From: Schizochytrium sp. TIO01
Taxonomy: Eukaryota; Protista; Bigyra: Labyrinthulomycetes
Assembly (NCBI GenBank): GCA_004764695.1
Contig: SMSO01000037.1
Coordinates: 906,747 to 970,746, forward strand
Direction of reading: 5' to 3'
Length of the DNA stretch: 64,000 nucleotides
A program made the translations under genes and the position numbers. The notes beneath the pieces are model-generated. The model saw nothing but the letters and a program-made list of their open reading frames with translations. It made no database searches and had not been told where the DNA came from. How positions within the stretch are numbered: position 1 is the first letter of the stretch; the number at the start of each line of letters is the position of its first letter. This document shows, in pieces, positions 58,249 to 64,000 of the stretch.

Positions 58249-61191
58249 ATGGGCTGGCTTGACAATTGGCGCAAGCTCGACTCAACAGTGCTTGAAGTCC
58301 CCTCTGGGTTTCAAGATTGCTCTACAGGCCGAGTTGAAGTCAGATTCAATGCTGGAAATGCACGTCACAAGCTGTACGCTGAGATCCTCTGCAATGAGGT
58401 CAAACGGCGGTGCAGAGTCAAGTGGTTTGCAATCGCGGAGGAGAAGAAACCCGCTGTAAACGAGGAAGAACCCAATGAAGAGGGCTCCTACGTACCGCCC
58501 ATAACAGTCCGAAGTACACCTACGATTGCTACAATTCATCTCAATGTCATCACGTCTAACCTTTGTTACCGCAATGGCGAGGAAGAGGTTGTGCAAGACA
58601 CTAAGGAAAGCGATGAAGGTTATGCAATTAGCACGAACACCGAGACCAACGAAGTTTTTATTTGTGCCAACAGAGATCGTGGTCTACTGTATGGTGTGGG
58701 CCGCTTCATGCGCGAAATGCGAATGGACTTCCACCTGTCTTACGCCAAGCCCTTACAAAGCCTGTGTGCTTATCCATCCAACTTGGACATTGTCTCCTTC
58801 CCTGCATACATGATGCGTCAGCATCAGGTTGCCTACCGCCCCAAGACAAATAGTTATGACGCCTTCACGCCTGCAATGATGCGTCAAGAAGTTCTTGATT
58901 TGGCTCTTTTCGGAACGAACGGTATTGAGATGATTCCTCCCGGAATCGATGATGCCATGCAGAGCCCGGGTTTTAGCGTGCCTTGGTTGCAGATGCTGAA
59001 AATCGTCTCAAAATGGTGCGACCAACTTGATATCAATGTTTCCATGTGGTACCCTGCCTTCTTCAAGTCATATGATACGGAGGAGAATATTCAAGCTGCC
59101 CAGGAACATTGGTCGTGCATTATGAGCAATCTCGAGCGTCTTGATGTGCTCTTTGTTCCTGGTGGTGATCCTGGAGGACGCCCTGCGAATGAGTTTTTTA
59201 ATGCCGTAGAACTTCAGGCAAAATTTATTCGTGAGCGTTTCTTTTCCCAAGTACAAGTTTGGGTATCCTCGCAGTACGGATTGTCCACGAGTGTTGATCT
59301 TGGCCTTACAGAGCCCTGGGTTCCGCTGGTACAAGAACAGCTCTGGGTCGAAATGCTTCGCACGCCTCGAGTACAAAGCTTTCTCAATGGCGTTGTGTAC
59401 GGCCCTTGGAGTTGTGTTCCAATCGACGAATTTCGCGCTCAAGTGCCGGCTTGTCTCCCCCTTCGGAACTATCCAGACCTTTGCCATGTGCAGACTTCTC
59501 AAATGCCATGCTTCGGCTGGGATCTAAGCTTTGCTATTACAAATGGCCGTGAAAGTATCAATCCACGTCCTCGCGAAATGGCAGCCATCATTGAAGATCA
59601 GGCTCAGTACACCATTGGTTGTGGTTGCTACTCTGAGGGCGTCAATGACGACGTAAATAAATACGTTTGGACAGCTCTGCATTGGGGTGATGACGTCCGT
59701 GGGCCACTCCGAGGATCTACTACGGGGGAGCAGCTTGATGCTATGCTTGAGCAATATGCCTCTTTTTTGATGGACCAACCACGTAACACATCCATCATCA
59801 AAGAAGGAATTTACCAACTTGAGTCCAACTGGCGCGGAGACCTCTACACTAGTGAGTCAATTGTCAAGTCTCAAGCTATTTTCAGCAAGGTTCAAAACAG
59901 CCTTGCCCCCCGCCATCGTCGAAACTGGCGACTCAACATGCTCCTCTTCAGAGCTCATCATGATGCCTTCATGTACACCCGTCTTTGCCAAGAGCGCACT
60001 GTGGAAGCAACAGCGATATCTACTCTAGAAGAAGCTGATTTGTGTTCTACGACCGCATTGCGTCGCGCTGCAAAGCTTCTGGAGGTACCCTACTATGAGC
60101 CACCCATTACCATGAGTAGTTTCAATTCACCATCTACGCCCAATCCACTTATGGTCACCTTGCTCAACGAGTCTACCGCTTCTTGTACTCATTTGTATGG
60201 ACAACTTATGGCTTTGGCTGCAACTCTTTACCACCAAATTGGTATGCAGCTTTCGACAGGGTACGGTGGTCAGCATCGCCAACGCGGTGCCTATTTTGAT
60301 TTAGTCTGGGCACCTCTTGGTGACGTTAATACGTTGCACCGTGTCGTACAAAACCTCATTGAAATAGACAACAACTCTAGTGAATACCAAGATCTTATCC
60401 AGGGCGATACTCGTGATGCGCATGTGCTGCAACGCTTCAAGCAGTCATTTCGTGAGCACACGGGCCAAGCCCCCAAGAAGGTTGTTTGGTACGCTAGTTT
60501 CGGTGATGACAACGCACATGAGTTGCCTGGGTGCTTAGAACCGCCTACCCGGCCCATTCCAATCGATCAAGTGGTGCCCCCGCATCATAGTGTGGATGAC
60601 GGGCAGGATCCAATGTACTTTACTCGGTGCATGGTGGAATATCTAGATGCTAGCAATGACGAAGTCATTCGAGACCTCCATGATGGTCTGGTGCCTCGCT
60701 GCTGGCGCTCGTATTTGGTACCAATTTGGCCACGAACTGCCCGCTACTCCATGCGTTTCGCTATGGAATCGTTGATGGGTGTTTCTCTGCACGAACTCAC
60801 CCTTTCGCCACCTCAGCTGACGATGCGTGTTACGTACTTGGGCAATGATATCAACCGCCATGGCGGAGATTGGGAGGAGCTTAATCGTGAATCCCAAGCA
60901 ACACGTCTCTTTGCAAATGGTGTTCGCCTGCATAACTTCCTTGAGCCGCAGGCCTTAACTAAAATGCTTGAAATTGAGATTCCTCGAGAGGCCATACTTC
61001 GAGCCATCAAGAATGGCACGCTCATCCTTACTTGGGAGCCTCGCGTTGCTCATAAGACGACGTTTCGTTTTGTTCCACTTCCCATTGCGGAGCTGTGGAT
61101 TCTCAAGCCCAACGATGCAGTGGTTGCAGTTTCATACTCGCCGTCTTCCTCCTCCTGCTCCTCCTCCGCGATGTCGGTTGCCCGTCTTTAG
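58249..61191 (+). CDS. 980-aa uncharacterised glycoside-hydrolase-like protein (GH20/GH67-like N-domain, putative TIM barrel, C-terminal beta domain), bacterial type
   Basis: Intronless long ORF with EGY...RGLLYGVGRFMR N-domain. The motifs RQHQVAYRPKTNSYD, DLALFGTNGIEMIPP, LDVLFVPGGDPG, PLRNYPDLCH, RESINPRP and YSEGVNDDVNKYVWTALHW recall a family of bacterial hypothetical GH-like proteins. Coding status is secure; function is inferred. Confidence 0.85.
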   Translation: MGWLDNWRKLDSTVLEVPSGFQDCSTGRVEVRFNAGNARHKLYAEILCNEVKRRCRVKWFAIAEEKKPAVNEEEPNEEGSYVPPITVRSTPTIATIHLNVITSNLCYRNGEEEVVQDTKESDEGYAISTNTETNEVFICANRDRGLLYGVGRFMREMRMDFHLSYAKPLQSLCAYPSNLDIVSFPAYMMRQHQVAYRPKTNSYDAFTPAMMRQEVLDLALFGTNGIEMIPPGIDDAMQSPGFSVPWLQMLKIVSKWCDQLDINVSMWYPAFFKSYDTEENIQAAQEHWSCIMSNLERLDVLFVPGGDPGGRPANEFFNAVELQAKFIRERFFSQVQVWVSSQYGLSTSVDLGLTEPWVPLVQEQLWVEMLRTPRVQSFLNGVVYGPWSCVPIDEFRAQVPACLPLRNYPDLCHVQTSQMPCFGWDLSFAITNGRESINPRPREMAAIIEDQAQYTIGCGCYSEGVNDDVNKYVWTALHWGDDVRGPLRGSTTGEQLDAMLEQYASFLMDQPRNTSIIKEGIYQLESNWRGDLYTSESIVKSQAIFSKVQNSLAPRHRRNWRLNMLLFRAHHDAFMYTRLCQERTVEATAISTLEEADLCSTTALRRAAKLLEVPYYEPPITMSSFNSPSTPNPLMVTLLNESTASCTHLYGQLMALAATLYHQIGMQLSTGYGGQHRQRGAYFDLVWAPLGDVNTLHRVVQNLIEIDNNSSEYQDLIQGDTRDAHVLQRFKQSFREHTGQAPKKVVWYASFGDDNAHELPGCLEPPTRPIPIDQVVPPHHSVDDGQDPMYFTRCMVEYLDASNDEVIRDLHDGLVPRCWRSYLVPIWPRTARYSMRFAMESLMGVSLHELTLSPPQLTMRVTYLGNDINRHGGDWEELNRESQATRLFANGVRLHNFLEPQALTKMLEIEIPREAILRAIKNGTLILTWEPRVAHKTTFRFVPLPIAELWILKPNDAVVAVSYSPSSSSCSSSAMSVARL

Positions 61192-62694
61192 AAAAGGATA
61201 TCGCTCACCTCCTATTTTTGAGTAGTTGAATGTAGACTCTTGAAGGTTGTTACTGCTGCACTCATGCTCATTCGTCTCCGTCTGCTTTTCTCTCTTAGAT
61301 TGTCTTTATCCAAACGGAGATGGTTTTCATGCATTATCACTCAAAGTTTGCTTAGAAGAAAGCCAAATTACAGAGAGGCAACGAAACAGTAGGTTGCACA
61401 TGTATTTATTAACCTGATGACCATTAGATGCTCGAGATAGATAGGACAACGTTTTTGTTTCCCTCCCAATTCTTTGTAGATGTCTATGTCCAAGTCCACC
61501 CTATCCTTTGTCTTCGTTTCGGTGTGGCTCCTGTATTCCGTCTTTTCACGAGATCCAACTCGTTATAATGTTTTTTCTTTGTAGATATATTTTGTAGAAG
61601 TAGCCCGTATTTAACATAAATCAAGTCTTTTAGAGTAGATTTTTTCAATCTGAGCTTCCGAATCGTCCTTGAACGAGCTCTGGCCATTAAATGCTTCATG
61701 TCTGCAAACATGCATCTCCGTAAATGCACAAGTGAATGGAATTGCATCACCACACCTCCATGCTATATTTTCTAGCTACCACTTCTACTAGTGCGTCATC
61801 ATCGGTAATTGACTATAGTGAGTGCCCCTAAGAGTCATTCGCTGAGGCGCCATTCTCCACATCAAGATGCTATATGCAGTTTCGTTTTTGCTTCCAGAGC
61901 TTTCTTCTAGGTTCTCAATCTCAGCCTTAAAGTCAAGAGCCACCTCTCCATAACTCCAGCTCAGCCAGCTAAACAACCTGAAGTTCGAGGCACACGTAAG
62001 AAATGGATTTGACTTGGTCGGTCAAAAGAGGCCTAATGTATCCAAATAGACCGCAGTGGTATTCGAATAAAATAAAAATGAAACTTTTATTGGTCAAGAA
62101 GTCCTTTTTGTTTGTTTTTAACAGGAAAAGTTATTCTTATCGAATACAATCTTTATTGGATAAGCTTATATCGAACAAAAAACATCGTATTCCAATGTAC
62201 ATTTGTCAATTCCTAATTGTTTTTATAAAATTAAAATTGAAATTGAAATTAAAAATGGTCGTGATGTTTCGGCCATTCTCTAATAGACTGAAAGTAGTAA
62301 AAGAGAGCAACGAAATAAGAGAATGAAAGAACGAAAGCAATTCGCGAATTGAGCTGGACTCGAGGAGCTGCGTGCAGCGGCAGTGCTTGCTTGCTTGCTT
62401 GCTTGATCGCTCGATCGCTCGCTCGCTTGCTTGCTGCTTGCTCTGTGTTTATCTTACGTGGGAAAGGGTCCGTGCGCATTGCACGCCCGGTTAGCCCGTT
62501 TAAGTGTCCGATTTGGCATAACTACTGTGCTTGTTTTCTCGTTTGAATTGACTGCCTGACCGACTTTGTTCGTTTATCGCACGTGACGCAAAGCTCGACA
62601 AAGTCTCGAACGCGAAGCGCCTTCGGAAGTTGCTGGTGAGCTGGCCTGGACGACGTTGAAACAACAGTAAAGGCTTCTTTCTGAAAAAGGCACC

Positions 62695-64000
62695 ATGAGC
62701 ATGCAAATGCCTGCCGACGTTCAGGCGGAAATCCGTGCCATGGACGGAAACCAGGTACGTGGATAGAAACGTTTGATAGCTTCACTCTAGTTTCATAATT
62801 AAGGCCTCAACGTTATTTTGGGGAGTTTCCTGTGACTCGTGAGCGCTCTCAGCATCGTGCATGAAGACTAACTTATGAATTTTGCGAATGTGCAATGTAA
62901 ATGGTGTTTTGGCCTTTTCCTGGAATTATAAACTGGATTTGCTCTACGCGATTGCCTTAAATCATCAATCAATCTGCCCCAAAACAAATCTGCGTGGATA
63001 TAATCTTTGGATATTTTGGTGGACTTTGGTCTACTTAGACCTGTGTAGACTGTGGCGTCAAGAACCCGCAATGGGCTTCAGTCTCCTATGGCACGCTTTT
63101 TTGCCTCGAGTGTTCAGGCGTGCACCGTGGTCTTGGTGTTCACATTAGTTTTGTCAGGTCCGTGACAATGGACTCGTGGACAGACCAGCAAATCCAGTCG
63201 ATGCGTCTCGGAGGCAACAAGAAACTCATTGACTGGTTCGCGCAACACGGCATCTCCCAATCCATGTCCATCAAGGACAAGTACCACTCGCCTGCTGCCG
63301 AGCTCTACCGTCTCCGGCTTCAAGCTCTTCGCGATGGAAAAGAGCCGCCCTCTAAATTACCTGAGGGGTCTTCTTCAAGCTCTTATGTGCCATCCAATGG
63401 CGATGAAACCCCCTACGATCGCGAAATGAGGCTACGTCGTGAGGCCCAAGAGCGTCTTCGCGCCAAATTTGGCGACGGCGGACTGCGAGGTAGTGCTGTC
63501 TCTAGCCAACCACTCCCACCCAATATGTATGATGACGACACTGGCCGCCGTGGTCTTCCTGTGAATATCGATCATGAAGAGCTCAAGCGCAAGGGTGGCG
63601 AGGCACTCAATGCCATGAGCAGCGCCTTTTCGATGCTCAGCACTGCAGCTAGCGAGAAGTTATCGGAGGTTTCTCGCAATGCTGAGTCTTCGGACACCTT
63701 TAATGACCTCAAGAGCAAAACTTCCGAGGGCCTCTCGGTATTCTCCAACAAGGCTTCGTCCTGGTGGAGTCAGGCAAACCAATACTTTGGACAAGATGGT
63801 GCCGCCCAGCAATCCCGGGCGCCACCTGCAGAAAGTCCAGAGGAGCGTGCTGAGCGTGAAGCTGCTGAGGAGCGTATGCGTCAGAAATTTGGGGACCGTG
63901 GTTTGAAGACCAATGCTATTTCGAGCCAATACGGCGATGTCCAGGCTCACGTTGAAGCTCAAGAGCGTGAGCGTGCTGCTGCCGCCGAGAGGTTACGTCA
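62695..64000 (+). CDS. ADP-ribosylation factor GTPase-activating protein (ArfGAP1/Gcs1-like), 2 exons, truncated by window end
   Basis: Exon 1 62695-62754 ([20 protein letters not shown]|GTACGT), intron ending TTAG at 63038, exon 2 from 63039: [47 protein letters not shown]...MRLGGN (CxxC-x16-CxxC plus catalytic Arg). The frame stays open to 64000. Confidence 0.95.

Noticed and set aside
61484-61976. Two short minus-strand ORFs between the GH-like gene and ArfGAP
   Set aside because: Short, non-ATG or weak starts and no recognisable domain; at most an unassignable relic.

Overview
This is eukaryotic nuclear DNA from a gene-dense, mostly intron-poor genome. Gene content, splice signals and the microsatellite/AT-tract intergenic style suggest a heterotrophic stramenopile, probably a thraustochytrid/labyrinthulomycete (inference). 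I count about 16 protein-coding genes. The first is a ribonuclease-inhibitor-type LRR gene missed by the ORF track and reconstructed here from 16-17 exons, each internal exon encoding one repeat and all introns in phase 2 (3829-7152). It is followed by prenylcysteine oxidase, two divergent importin-alpha paralogues, a secreted bacterial-type M12B/reprolysin metalloprotease whose C-terminal PAN/apple domain is split by a frameshift, a small 4-TM protein, RFT1 and an acidic disordered protein. Next come an RsuA/RluB pseudouridine synthase, uroporphyrinogen-III C-methyltransferase, a signal-peptide MsrA, a CPA1 Na+/H+ exchanger and a mitochondrion-targeted cofactor-independent phosphoglycerate mutase. 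The window ends with a 980-aa bacterial-like glycoside-hydrolase-type protein preceded by a stand-alone relative of its N-terminal domain, and a spliced ArfGAP running off the right edge. Two ORF-poor tracts (about 15-20 kb and 42-54.9 kb) contain microsatellites and decayed coding relics, one resembling a retrotransposon integrase. I recognised no rRNA, tRNA or CRISPR. The most striking element is the modular one-repeat-per-exon LRR cassette gene. All homology calls come from motif recognition by eye, not database searches.
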